Part shown: positions 19,144 to 28,840 of the stretch, piece by piece | Numbering within the stretch: the stretch's first letter is position 1 | How the letters are laid out: each line of letters begins with the position of its first letter | Virus record (IMG/VR): IMGVR_UViG_3300025120_000022 | Length of the DNA stretch: 64,000 bases | Reading direction: 5' to 3' (one strand) | Source: an uncultured virus (IMG/VR IMGVR_UViG_3300025120_000022) | Taxonomy: Duplodnaviria > Heunggongvirae > Uroviricota > Caudoviricetes | Program-made: the position numbers and the translations under genes | Notes under the pieces: model-generated | Databases searched by the model: none | Seen by the model: only the letters and a program-made list of their open reading frames with translations | What the model was told of the DNA's origin: nothing

Positions 19144-19308
19144 ATGAAGAAATTAGGGCGTATTTGGAAATATAGTTTAGGTAGTTTTTCTGATGATAAA
19201 ACTAACCGGTATGATAACTACGTGGTTATGGTACGGACTGCTATATTAATTTCTTATCTCACTACTAATTGTTTTATTATTGCAGGAGTAATCCGACATT
19301 GGAATTAA
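19144..19308 (+). CDS. Small membrane-associated hypothetical protein
   Basis: MKKLGRIWKYSLGSFSD...NCFIIAGVIRHWN (manual translation). Confidence 0.55.
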   Translation: MKKLGRIWKYSLGSFSDDKTNRYDNYVVMVRTAILISYLTTNCFIIAGVIRHWN

Positions 19309-19673
19309 AAGACTGGTTGAATTCTATCAACATTAATAAGAAAGATCTTCGCCTAGAAGATCCTGATGCAAAGTATCCAGCATATATTGTAAATCGCTGC
19401 ATGTCCGGTCAACTGGACACGGTTCTGTATGCGAATGAAATGAATTTAAATTCACATTTGGACCCTAATCTTCAGTATTCTTTCATGCTAAATAGTGTGA
19501 GGAAACGGAAAAGATTCTCTCCGTGGCTCCGAAAGGACGAGATCAGAGATTTAGATTATGTTAAACGTTATTATGGATATAATAACGAGAAAGCAAAACA
19601 GGCTCTGAGTATTCTTACCAAAGAACAATTATTATTCATTAAATCTAAATTTGAGACTGGAGGAAAAAGATGA
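19299..19673 (+). CDS. g62: Clamp loader small subunit gp62 (probable TTG start)
   Basis: LKDWLNSIN, YPAYIVNR, ANEMN, RKRKRFSPW; GGAG upstream of TTG; precedes regA. Confidence 0.9.
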   Translation: MELKDWLNSININKKDLRLEDPDAKYPAYIVNRCMSGQLDTVLYANEMNLNSHLDPNLQYSFMLNSVRKRKRFSPWLRKDEIRDLDYVKRYYGYNNEKAKQALSILTKEQLLFIKSKFETGGKR

Positions 19674-20101
19674 TTCAAGAACCTGAAGTTCACTGGTCTG
19701 CTGACCAGATGATTGAAATTACGTTAAATGAACCAGATGATTTTTTAAAGGTTCGTGAGACTCTGACACGTATCGGGGTTGCATCCCGTAAAGAGAAAAA
19801 GATTTATCAGTCCTGCCATATTCTGCATAAGCAGGGACGATATTACATTGTCCACTTTAAGGAACTGTTTGCCCTGGACGGCAAGCATGCTAACTTGACA
19901 GTGAATGATGTCCAGAGACGCAACAGAATTATTCAACTGCTCTGTGACTGGGGTCTGGTTAGTGTTATTTCACCAGAGAAGGTCACAGACATTGCACCCT
20001 TGAATCAGATCAAGGTGTTAGCATATAAGGAGAAGCACGAGTGGGTGCTTGAGACTAAGTATAATATCGGTAAGAAGAGGAAAGTAGAAACAACCGAATA
20101 A
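19670..20101 (+). CDS. regA: Translational repressor RegA
   Basis: DDFLKVRETLTRIG, YQSCHILHKQGRYYIVHFKELF. Confidence 0.97.
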   Translation: MIQEPEVHWSADQMIEITLNEPDDFLKVRETLTRIGVASRKEKKIYQSCHILHKQGRYYIVHFKELFALDGKHANLTVNDVQRRNRIIQLLCDWGLVSVISPEKVTDIAPLNQIKVLAYKEKHEWVLETKYNIGKKRKVETTE

Positions 20102-20107
20102 AAACGT

Positions 20108-20132
20108 AGGGGATTCAACATCCTCTTTTTTT
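20108..20132 (+). terminator. Intrinsic terminator after regA
   Basis: GGGGAT-TCAAC-ATCCTC plus T-run. Confidence 0.7.
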
Positions 20133-20155
20133 ATGTTTTGTGCTTAAATAGTATT

Positions 20156-20210
20156 GGATGCCTTCGGGGTCCACACAATCTAATCTCGCTTTAAAAGGAG
20201 AAGTACAATG
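20156..20210 (+). promoter_or_regulatory. Structured hsp20 5' UTR, ROSE-like thermometer candidate
   Basis: cUUCGg hairpin, then UCUCGCUU pairing with the AAGGAGA SD with a bulged G. Confidence 0.5.
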
Positions 20211-20642
20211 GTCAACATTCAGAAGTTTCATTCTGCCGATTTAAATTCTTTGGTAGACCGTATAAATAAGTATAGCATCGGTATGGATGATATATTTGAT
20301 AGACTATCTCACGTCAATGAAACGCAAGGGAATTATCCTCCATACAATCTAGTCCAAGTCAGTAGCACGGAATCAAGACTTGAACTAGCACTTGCTGGAT
20401 TCAAACAAAAAGAATTAAATGTTTACACACAAGACGGAAAACTATTTGTTGAAGGAACAAAAGAAGAACCAAAAGAGGAACCAACATACCACCACAGAGG
20501 AATGGCTCAGAGATCTTTCACCAGATCTTGGTCACTCGGTGATGAAACGGAAGTTAGATCAGTTACTTTTGAGAATGGGTTACTAGCAGTTGAGTTAAGT
20601 AAAGTAGTCCCAGAACATCATCAAAGAAAGGATTGGTTCTAA
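20208..20642 (+). CDS. hsp20: Small heat-shock protein Hsp20 (IbpA-like)
   Basis: YPPYN, LALAGF, HRGMAQRSFTRSW, FENGLL. Confidence 0.95.
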   Translation: MVNIQKFHSADLNSLVDRINKYSIGMDDIFDRLSHVNETQGNYPPYNLVQVSSTESRLELALAGFKQKELNVYTQDGKLFVEGTKEEPKEEPTYHHRGMAQRSFTRSWSLGDETEVRSVTFENGLLAVELSKVVPEHHQRKDWF

Positions 20643-20652
20643 ATAAAGTATA

Positions 20653-20709
20653 TCGTCGTCGCAGACGGAGGGGGAACTGGCAAAATCCAGTTGCAACCCC
20701 TCTTTTTTT
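20653..20709 (+). ncRNA. Candidate small late RNA or elaborate terminator
   Basis: CTAAATA upstream; CGTC/GACG hairpin; GAGGGG-AACTGG/CCAGTT-CCCCTC stem; T-run. Confidence 0.4.
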
Positions 20710-20741
20710 ATGTTATAATACTAGAAGGAAAATACCGATTT

Positions 20742-21164
20742 ATGAGCGTACAAATTGCACTATTAAAGTCCGGTGAGGAAGTCATCGCAGACATCAAGGA
20801 GTTTCGCGACTCTGATGATAATCTGGTATCTTATTTTTTTGGTGAACCCCACTGCATTAAAATTAAAACTCAAGAAATTCTGATTGAGGCAGAAAATGCT
20901 CCTCCGAAACATGAGTTAATTTTTTATAAGTGGATGGGATTATCCAAGGATAAGGATATCATTGTAAATAAAGATTGGGTGGTCTGCATTGCTGACCCAC
21001 TCGATTCAATTGTAGAATCTTACGAAAGGAGAAATAGTGGAAGAAACCAACTTAGCAACAGACGAGATGATGTTGCCACCGGACTCGATGATGCCGGAAC
21101 CGGAACCCCCGACAGTTCAAGTGCTTTGCTTAACGAACAGGCTACTTTTACTGAGCACGATTGA
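20742..21164 (+). CDS. Conserved cyanophage hypothetical protein (Sm-like)
   Basis: IALLKSGEEVIADIKE, DWVVCI. Confidence 0.65.
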   Translation: MSVQIALLKSGEEVIADIKEFRDSDDNLVSYFFGEPHCIKIKTQEILIEAENAPPKHELIFYKWMGLSKDKDIIVNKDWVVCIADPLDSIVESYERRNSGRNQLSNRRDDVATGLDDAGTGTPDSSSALLNEQATFTEHD

Positions 21165-21357
21165 GGAAGTCCTTGCAGATATCGGACAACCCGATTGCAA
21201 ACTTACAAGACCTTACTTGATTGAAAAAGGAGAACTCACACCTTGGTTGACTGATGTATCAGATGATGAAGTTGTTATGATGAGTTCTGAGAAAATATTG
21301 ACTATGGTTGGACCCAACCAAAAATTACTTGATGAATATGAGTCACTGACTAAATGA
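21037..21357 (+). CDS. Conserved cyanophage hypothetical protein
   Basis: IEEV.ADIGQPDCKL..PY; abuts g43. Confidence 0.6.
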   Translation: MEETNLATDEMMLPPDSMMPEPEPPTVQVLCLTNRLLLLSTIEEVLADIGQPDCKLTRPYLIEKGELTPWLTDVSDDEVVMMSSEKILTMVGPNQKLLDEYESLTK

Positions 21358-23849
21358 GATTTTACACTAATGTCTATCAGCGATTTAATCAAATGCTGGT
21401 ACGTGGATACGAAGACGGTAAGCATTTCTCTTATAGAGAAGATTTTTATCCAACCTTCTATGTTCCCTCTAAGAAGGAATCAAAATGGAAAACGCTTGAT
21501 GGCGAAAGTGTAGAACCAATCAAACCTGGTAAGGTTACAGATTGTAAGGAATTTATAGAGAAGTATAAAGACGTTCATGGATTTGCCGTCTACGGTAATG
21601 ATCGATATGTTGCTCAGTATATTTCCGAGAAGTATCCTGAGGATGAGATTAAGTTTGATATCTCAAAGATTGGACTTTATACAATTGATATTGAGGTTGC
21701 TGCTGAAGAGGGTTTCCCTGACGTATTCAATGTTGCAGAAGAACTTCTTGCTATCACATTGCAGGATGCTGCGACCAAGCATATTACTTGCTTTGCCTCA
21801 CGACCATTCAATAACACTCGTAAGGATGTCACCTTCGTCTTATGCCATGATGAGTTTGATCTAATCAATAGATTCTTAGACTGGTGGCAGAGAACTGCTC
21901 CTGATATCATTACAGGGTGGAACTGTGAACTATATGATATCCCATACATTGTGAGGCGTATTGAGCGTTTGATGGGCGAGAAGGTTGTTAAGAAACTTTC
22001 TCCTTGGAACAGTGTCCGTCAACGTGAAATCCAGATGCATGGTCGCACACAGATTACCTGTGAGATGGCAGGCATTTCTGTGGTCGATTACCTTGACTTA
22101 TATAAGAAGTTTACCTATACTAATCAAGAGTCGTATAGACTAGACCACATTGCATTTGTGGAACTGGGACAACGTAAGTTGGATCACTCTGAGTTTGATA
22201 CTTTTAAAGACTTTTACACAGGTAACTGGCAAAAATTTATTGAATACAACATTATTGACGTGGAACTTGTTGACCGTATGGAAGACAAGATGAAATTGAT
22301 TGAGTTGGCATTGACTATGGCATATGACGCCAAGGTAAATTACAACGATGTATTCTACCAGGTACGCACTTGGGATGCGATTATCTATAACTACTTAAAG
22401 AAGAAGAACATAGTCATCCCTCCAAAAGAGAGATCTGAAAAAGATTCACAATATGCGGGGGCATATGTCAAGGAACCGCTTCCGGGAAAGTATGATTGGG
22501 TTGTGTCTTTTGACCTTAACTCTCTCTATCCTCATCTTATTATGCAGTACAATATCTCTCCCGAGACGTTACAAGATACCAGGCACCCATCAACTACCGT
22601 TAATAAAATACTTAATCAAGAACTGATATTTGATGAATATAAAGATTATGCGGTTTGTGCTAATGGTGCAATGTATCGTAAAGACATCAGAGGGTTCTTA
22701 CCTCAATTGATGGAGAAGATGTATGGTGACCGTGTTATCTTCAAGAAGAAAATGCTTGCGGCAAAGCAGCAGTACGAGAAGACTCCTACTAAAGCACTTG
22801 AAAAGGAAATCGCTAGATGTAACAATATTCAAATGGCGAAGAAGATTTCTCTTAACTCTGCTTATGGTGCTATTGGTAATCAATACTTTCGGTATTTTAA
22901 ACTAGCAAACGCCGAAGCAATTACACTGTCTGGCCAGGTCTCGATCCGCTGGATTGAGAATAAGATGAATAATAAACTGAATAAAATTCTGAAAACGAAA
23001 AACACTGATTATGTTATTGCTTCAGATACTGACTCCATTTATCTTAATATGGGTCCTTTTGTTGACTGGGTATTCAAAGACCGAGAGAAAACTCCTGAGG
23101 TCATTGTCGATTTCCTTAATAAGGTCTGTGAGGTGGAATTTGAACCTTATATTGAAAGTTCTTACCAAACGTTGGCGGACTATGTAAACGCCTACGACCA
23201 GAAGATGCAGATGAAGCGAGAGAACATTGCTGATCGTGGTATCTGGACTGCTAAGAAGCGATACATCCTTAATGTGTGGGACAGTGAAGGTGTGCGATAT
23301 GCAGAACCTAAACTGAAAATCATGGGTATTGAAGCAGTCAAGTCATCCACACCTGCACCTTGTCGTCAGATGATTAAGGATGGTCTGAAACTGGTGATGA
23401 GTGGAACAGAAGATGAGGTGATTGAGTTCATTGAAGGTTCCCGTAAGAGTTTCAGAGCACTACCAGTTGAGGAAATATCTTTCCCTAGATCTGTCTCTAG
23501 TGTGACCAAGTATAAAGGTATCAATACAATCTATGCAAAGGGAACTCCAATGCATTGTCGTGGTGCTTTGCTCTATAACTTCTATATAAAAGAGCGTGGT
23601 TTGGATAAGAAGTATGCTCCTATACAAAACGGAGACAAGATTAAGTTCTGCTATCTGAAGAGTCCAAACCCGACTAGGGAGAATGTAATATCCTTTATCC
23701 AAGACTTCCCTAAGGAACTGGACTTGGAACGATACGTCGATTATGAGATGCAATTCAATAAGGCATTTCTTGATCCACTCCGTGTGATCCTAGATGCTAT
23801 CGGGTGGTCTGTCGAAAAGAAAATAAGTTTAGAGAGTTTCTTTTCGTGA
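21354..23849 (+). CDS. g43: Family B DNA polymerase gp43
   Basis: DIE exonuclease motif, SFDLNSLYP, KISLNSAYG, SDTDS. Confidence 0.98.
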   Translation: MRFYTNVYQRFNQMLVRGYEDGKHFSYREDFYPTFYVPSKKESKWKTLDGESVEPIKPGKVTDCKEFIEKYKDVHGFAVYGNDRYVAQYISEKYPEDEIKFDISKIGLYTIDIEVAAEEGFPDVFNVAEELLAITLQDAATKHITCFASRPFNNTRKDVTFVLCHDEFDLINRFLDWWQRTAPDIITGWNCELYDIPYIVRRIERLMGEKVVKKLSPWNSVRQREIQMHGRTQITCEMAGISVVDYLDLYKKFTYTNQESYRLDHIAFVELGQRKLDHSEFDTFKDFYTGNWQKFIEYNIIDVELVDRMEDKMKLIELALTMAYDAKVNYNDVFYQVRTWDAIIYNYLKKKNIVIPPKERSEKDSQYAGAYVKEPLPGKYDWVVSFDLNSLYPHLIMQYNISPETLQDTRHPSTTVNKILNQELIFDEYKDYAVCANGAMYRKDIRGFLPQLMEKMYGDRVIFKKKMLAAKQQYEKTPTKALEKEIARCNNIQMAKKISLNSAYGAIGNQYFRYFKLANAEAITLSGQVSIRWIENKMNNKLNKILKTKNTDYVIASDTDSIYLNMGPFVDWVFKDREKTPEVIVDFLNKVCEVEFEPYIESSYQTLADYVNAYDQKMQMKRENIADRGIWTAKKRYILNVWDSEGVRYAEPKLKIMGIEAVKSSTPAPCRQMIKDGLKLVMSGTEDEVIEFIEGSRKSFRALPVEEISFPRSVSSVTKYKGINTIYAKGTPMHCRGALLYNFYIKERGLDKKYAPIQNGDKIKFCYLKSPNPTRENVISFIQDFPKELDLERYVDYEMQFNKAFLDPLRVILDAIGWSVEKKISLESFFS

Positions 23850-24008
23850 GTAAATACATTGTTCGCTGGTCCGAACCAGGAGATCTTTCTCCCCGACAAG
23901 AGAGCAGATACTTTGAAGATGAGACCAATGCTAAATGGTTTGCAAAAGAACTAAAAAAGAGTTATAATTGGGTTATCTGCACAGAATCAAAAAACGTAAT
24001 GGAGTAGA

Positions 24009-24179
24009 ATGGATCTTCCTATCAACGACAAAGAATTGAATACTATTATTAGTGCTATGCGTCTCGGGGGAGATGCTGCACTTTATCAAAAACTAAAAAG
24101 GATTAAGGATATCCGTGATGCTAACCCAGGCGGACCTTATAAGAAAATTGCCCGTGAAGAATTTGGAATTGCATTGTAA
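24009..24179 (+). CDS. Small hypothetical protein
   Basis: MDLPINDKELNTIISAMRLGGDAALYQKL (manual translation). Confidence 0.55.
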   Translation: MDLPINDKELNTIISAMRLGGDAALYQKLKRIKDIRDANPGGPYKKIAREEFGIAL

Positions 24180-25186
24180 TGGATTTTTTAAAAGAAATTG
24201 TAAAAGAGATTGGAGATGACTACACCCAACTCGCATCAGACATCGACGACACAGAAACCTTTGTGGACACGGGTTCTTACGTTTTTAATTCACTGGTCTC
24301 AGGTAGCATATTTGGTGGTGTTTCTGGGAATAAGATTACTGCCATTGCTGGTGAGTCTTCTACTGGGAAGACTTTCTTTAGTCTCGCTGTGGTTAAGAAT
24401 TTTCTGGATAGTAATCCTGACGGTTACTGTTTGTACTTTGACACTGAAGCAGCAGTTAATAAGTCTCTTCTTACAAGTCGTGGCATTGACTTAACCAGAC
24501 TGGTTGTTGTCAATGTTGTTACGATTGAACAGTTCAGACAGAAAGCACTACAAGCAGTAGACATATACTTAAAAAAATCTGAAGAAGAGCGCCGACCCTG
24601 TATGTTTGTGTTAGACTCTCTTGGTATGCTTTCCACAGAGAAGGAGATTCGTGATGCTCTAGACGATAAGCAAGTCAGAGACATGACCAAATCTCAACTT
24701 GTCAAAGGAGCATTCCGTATGCTTACACTCAAACTTGGTCAAGCAAAAATTCCACTTTTAGTAACAAACCACACTTACGATGTCATTGGTTCTTATGTCC
24801 CTACAAAGGAAATGGGAGGAGGCTCTGGTCTCAAGTATGCAGCAAGTACAATCATCTATCTCAGCAAAAAGAAAGAGAAGGATGGAACAGAAGTCGTTGG
24901 AAATCTTATCAAGGCAAAGACTCACAAGTCGCGTCTGAGTAAGGAGAACAAAGATGTTACAGTGCGTTTGTATTACGATGAGCGTGGTCTTGATCGATAT
25001 TATGGTCTTCTTGAACTCGGTGAGATTGGCGGACTTTGGAAGAACGTTGCCGGACGTTATGAAATAGATGGTAAGAAAGTCTATGCTAAAGCAATCCTAA
25101 AAGACCCAGAAACATACTTCACACCAGAAGTGATGCAAAAACTTGATGAGATTGCAAAGAAAGAATTTAGTTATGGTTCTACTTAA
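24179..25186 (+). CDS. uvsX: RecA-like recombinase UvsX
   Basis: GESSTGKT, YFDTE, VLDSLG, MGGGSGLKY. Confidence 0.95.
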   Translation: MDFLKEIVKEIGDDYTQLASDIDDTETFVDTGSYVFNSLVSGSIFGGVSGNKITAIAGESSTGKTFFSLAVVKNFLDSNPDGYCLYFDTEAAVNKSLLTSRGIDLTRLVVVNVVTIEQFRQKALQAVDIYLKKSEEERRPCMFVLDSLGMLSTEKEIRDALDDKQVRDMTKSQLVKGAFRMLTLKLGQAKIPLLVTNHTYDVIGSYVPTKEMGGGSGLKYAASTIIYLSKKKEKDGTEVVGNLIKAKTHKSRLSKENKDVTVRLYYDERGLDRYYGLLELGEIGGLWKNVAGRYEIDGKKVYAKAILKDPETYFTPEVMQKLDEIAKKEFSYGST

Positions 25187-25721
25187 TGATTTTGTTCGTG
25201 TTTATGATGATGCATTAGAAGAAAAGACCTGTGACTTTCTTATAGGTTTTTTCGATAGTAATTCAGATAATCATGAACGTATTGATGAACAAAGCAAACC
25301 ATCCTTCACACAGTTAAACGTTACAGAACACTCCAAAGAAATTAGTCACATACACAATCTTTTGATAGCAAAGACATTTGAGTATCGAAATGATTACTAT
25401 GAGTTTGTAGACAAAAGAGTCTTTCCAGAGTCACATGCTTTTGAGCAATTTCGTATCAAAAGGTATGAACCAGATGGGAAAGATATGTTTGACACTCATG
25501 TAGATGTGAAAGACTATGCATCTTCTCGGAGGTTTTTGTCTTTTATGTGGTATCTAAATGATGTTCCAAATGATGGACACACTGTATTTGAAGGATTGAC
25601 AATTGAACCTAAGAAGGGTAAACTGGTCATCTTCCCTCCCTTGTGGTTGTTCCCACATAGGGGCGAACCAGTCATTGAATGTCCAAAGTACATTCTTAGT
25701 ACGTATCTACATTATAAGTAA
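25173..25721 (+). CDS. 2OG-Fe(II) oxygenase
   Basis: HVD, MWYLND, FPPLWLFPHRG, KYILSTY. Confidence 0.85.
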   Translation: MVLLNDFVRVYDDALEEKTCDFLIGFFDSNSDNHERIDEQSKPSFTQLNVTEHSKEISHIHNLLIAKTFEYRNDYYEFVDKRVFPESHAFEQFRIKRYEPDGKDMFDTHVDVKDYASSRRFLSFMWYLNDVPNDGHTVFEGLTIEPKKGKLVIFPPLWLFPHRGEPVIECPKYILSTYLHYK

Positions 25722-27097
25722 TGGAACGAATTGAGTCTACAATCATACAAAATCTGGTCTTCAATGAGGACTTCTCCCGCAAGGTTCTTCCATTTGTGCG
25801 GGAAGAATACTTTGAGAATTATCATGAGAAGATTATCTTCGCAGAAATATCAAAGTTTATTGTAAAATATAATACTCTTCCAACAACTGCTGCTCTATCA
25901 ATTGAGGTCGAGAATCGAACTGACCTAAATGATGAAGTATATAAGCAGACTGTTGAATCTCTCTCTAAACTTGAGCATGCCCCAAACGATAAGCAGTGGT
26001 TGACTGATACTGCTGAGAAGTGGTGTCGCGATCGTGCAATCTATCTTGCACTAGTAGAGTCAATTAGTATTGCAGACGGAGGTGAAGATCAGAAGAAAGG
26101 TAGAGATGCTATTCCATCAATCCTTTCTGATGCCCTTGCAGTTTCATTTGATAATCATATTGGGCACGATTATCTAAATGACTATGAAGAACGATACAAC
26201 TTCTACCATCAGACTGAGGAAAAGATTCCATTTGACTTGGACTTCTTCAACAAGATTACAAAGGGCGGTCTTTGTAATAAGTCTCTCAACGTTGCTCTTG
26301 CAGGTACTGGCGTGGGCAAGTCTCTCTTTATGTGTCATATTGCCGCTTCTTGTTTATTACAGAATAAGAATGTTCTGTATATTACGATGGAGATGGCTGA
26401 AGAAAAGATCGCAGAAAGAATAGACGCAAACCTTCTGAACGTAAACATTCAAGAGATTGCAGATCTCCCACGTCAGATATTCGAGACAAAAGTCTCTAAC
26501 ATCTGTCAAAAAACACAGGGTTCACTTATAATTAAAGAATACCCTACAGCGAGTGCTCATAGTGGACACTTTAAAGCACTTCTTAATGAACTTGCACTTA
26601 AGAAATCATTTAGACCTGATATTATTTTCATTGATTACCTTAATATATGTGCTTCCTCGCGATATCGCGCTGGGAGCAATGTCAATTCATATACAACTAT
26701 TAAGTCTATTGCAGAAGAGCTTAGAGGACTGGCTTGTGAAGCAAACGTCCCTATCGTTTCTGCCACGCAGACCACTCGTTCTGGTTATGGTAGCTCTGAT
26801 GTTGAGCTTACTGATACTAGTGAGTCCTTTGGTCTCCCTGCTACTGCTGATCTTATGTTTGCCCTTATTTCTACAGATGAGCTTGAGGAGTTGGGACAAA
26901 TTATGGTGAAGCAGTTGAAGAATCGTTACAACGATATCAACATGAACAAGAGGTTTGTTGTTGGAATTGATCGTTCCAAGATGAGACTGTATGATTGTGA
27001 ACAGTCTGCACAGAACGATATACTTGACAGTGGCCAGGAAGAGCAGTATAATAATGAGGAAAGAACCACCAAGAAATTCGCATCTCTTAAATTCTAA
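25721..27097 (+). CDS. g41: Replicative helicase gp41 (DnaB-like)
   Basis: AGTGVGKS, ITMEMAE, IDYLNI, SESFGLPATAD, KNRY. Confidence 0.96.
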   Translation: MERIESTIIQNLVFNEDFSRKVLPFVREEYFENYHEKIIFAEISKFIVKYNTLPTTAALSIEVENRTDLNDEVYKQTVESLSKLEHAPNDKQWLTDTAEKWCRDRAIYLALVESISIADGGEDQKKGRDAIPSILSDALAVSFDNHIGHDYLNDYEERYNFYHQTEEKIPFDLDFFNKITKGGLCNKSLNVALAGTGVGKSLFMCHIAASCLLQNKNVLYITMEMAEEKIAERIDANLLNVNIQEIADLPRQIFETKVSNICQKTQGSLIIKEYPTASAHSGHFKALLNELALKKSFRPDIIFIDYLNICASSRYRAGSNVNSYTTIKSIAEELRGLACEANVPIVSATQTTRSGYGSSDVELTDTSESFGLPATADLMFALISTDELEELGQIMVKQLKNRYNDINMNKRFVVGIDRSKMRLYDCEQSAQNDILDSGQEEQYNNEERTTKKFASLKF

Positions 27098-27098
27098 T

Positions 27099-27503
27099 AT
27101 GACTGTAGACACACAACGATACCTTGAATTTGTAAATGGCGTTACCTCGGAACAAAGTAAAGATCACGAAGCTTTCGTATATCGTATTCAAGAACTTGAA
27201 GGTCAAGAGTTTCCTACCGAGCGATTGCTTACTGCTGCTGTAGGAATGTCTGCTGAGGCAGGTGAGTTTACTGAGATTGTAAAAAAGATTGTCTTCCAGG
27301 GTAAACCTGTTAATGAAGAAAATCTATTTCACATGAAGCGTGAACTTGGAGACATCATGTGGTATGTCGCACAAGCATGTATGGGACTTAATATTTCTCT
27401 TGATGAGGTGATTGAGATGAATGTTGAGAAACTCAAAGCACGATATCCAGGTGGAGAGTTTGATGTTCATCATTCTGAAAACCGAGTTGTGGGAGATGTA
27501 TGA
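27099..27503 (+). CDS. mazG: MazG-family nucleotide pyrophosphohydrolase
   Basis: EAGEFTEIVKK, ELGDIMWY, NVEKLKARYP. Confidence 0.9.
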   Translation: MTVDTQRYLEFVNGVTSEQSKDHEAFVYRIQELEGQEFPTERLLTAAVGMSAEAGEFTEIVKKIVFQGKPVNEENLFHMKRELGDIMWYVAQACMGLNISLDEVIEMNVEKLKARYPGGEFDVHHSENRVVGDV

Positions 27504-28808
27504 GTTACACTCTCGAACTTAACGACAGACAAGCTGAAATGATTTCAGCACTTGCTCATTGCATTGCTAATGAAACACATGAGCATATGAAACCATTAAC
27601 TGAGGAAGTTTTTAGTGATGTAATGGATTTAGGTCATCAAATTACATCTCAACATTCATATGATTGGATGTTAATGGGTTCTACCGTAGAAGAAAAAGAT
27701 GCTTCTGCACAAGCACATAAAATGTTAATGCAGGCAAAAAAATCTTTGAGTGTACCACTTTTTATGGATGAGTCAATTATCTGTAATGTTCCGAGATCTT
27801 GGATCGCATGGGATGAAATAGTTGAGGGAGATGTCTGATGGGTAAAAAGAAAAAGTCAAAGGACGAATGGTCCTATGATAAAACCCCAGAAACTGAAGAA
27901 GCAATTAAACGCCTACACGAAACAATTCGTATGCGTAAATTAAAAGATCAAGACGATAAACTAAACTACGATACAGGAGGAAAATGACCGACAAAACCGT
28001 TACTATTGAATTAAACATTCGTGTTGCCGCAGCAGTACGTGAGACACTTTTTCGCACTACAAAACAAGATAGTTACGAATTTCCATCAGAACGTACAGTA
28101 GATATTCGTTCAGTAATCGTTGCTTTGGATGAACAAATCCAATCAGCACTGGATGTTTGAATATAACAATAGCAACTATATTCCCGGTGGTCTAGAAAGA
28201 AAACCAGTCAATATTCTTCGTTTAATCAGTGAACTTGAGGGTTCTTATCAGTTGCTTAAATATATGGCATACGATGAAGACATGAAAGTTCTTGAAGAAA
28301 TGAAGACTCGATATTATAAATTATACTTTAAAATACTAAAACAACAAAAAAATGAAAATTCTAACACTTGAAGATTATCAAAAAGCAGGCGAAACATTTT
28401 GGCCTAAGTATTGGTATGTCGCCAAAGAACTTGGAGAGGATGCAAAATCGGAAGACATCCTTAAAGTTATGGAAGCAGTTGGCGGTATTGCGATGAAGTT
28501 TGCACTAGATGATAAAGAAGGACCTTTTGGTTTTAATAAAAAGAAAGAGGATTCAAATGATTCAGACAGCAACTGATCAAGTAATTGTGCCCGAAGGTGC
28601 AGAACTTATTGATGAGTGTTTCTATGTTTGGGAGACAAGATTCGGTCTTTATTCTAGTATGACCGTAAAGGGTCGTCAAATGTTAACTGGTTGTATCAAA
28701 GACAACGTTATTATTATGACTCGCTGGCATCTAAAATGTGAGCAGGAAGGATGGCCCGAAGGTAGTGTTCGTGTTGTTGGCGATAGTATTGTATCTGGAA
28801 AATTATAA
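27500..28808 (+). other. Run of about six small hypothetical ORFs (27500-27838, 27838-27987, 27984-28160, ~28153-28371, 28352-28576, ~28557-28808)
   Basis: Overlapping start/stop tiling on the + strand. Confidence 0.55.
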
Positions 28809-28811
28809 ATA
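28804..28811 (+). promoter_or_regulatory. T4-type late promoter
   Basis: TATAAATA. Confidence 0.8.
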
Positions 28812-28840
28812 CTTTTACGGAAATAGTTTTAGACATTAAA

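Noticed and set aside
19269..19301. Apparent missing ATG or frameshift at the g62 start
   Set aside because: A TTG at 19299 with an upstream GGAG gives a normal-length gp62.
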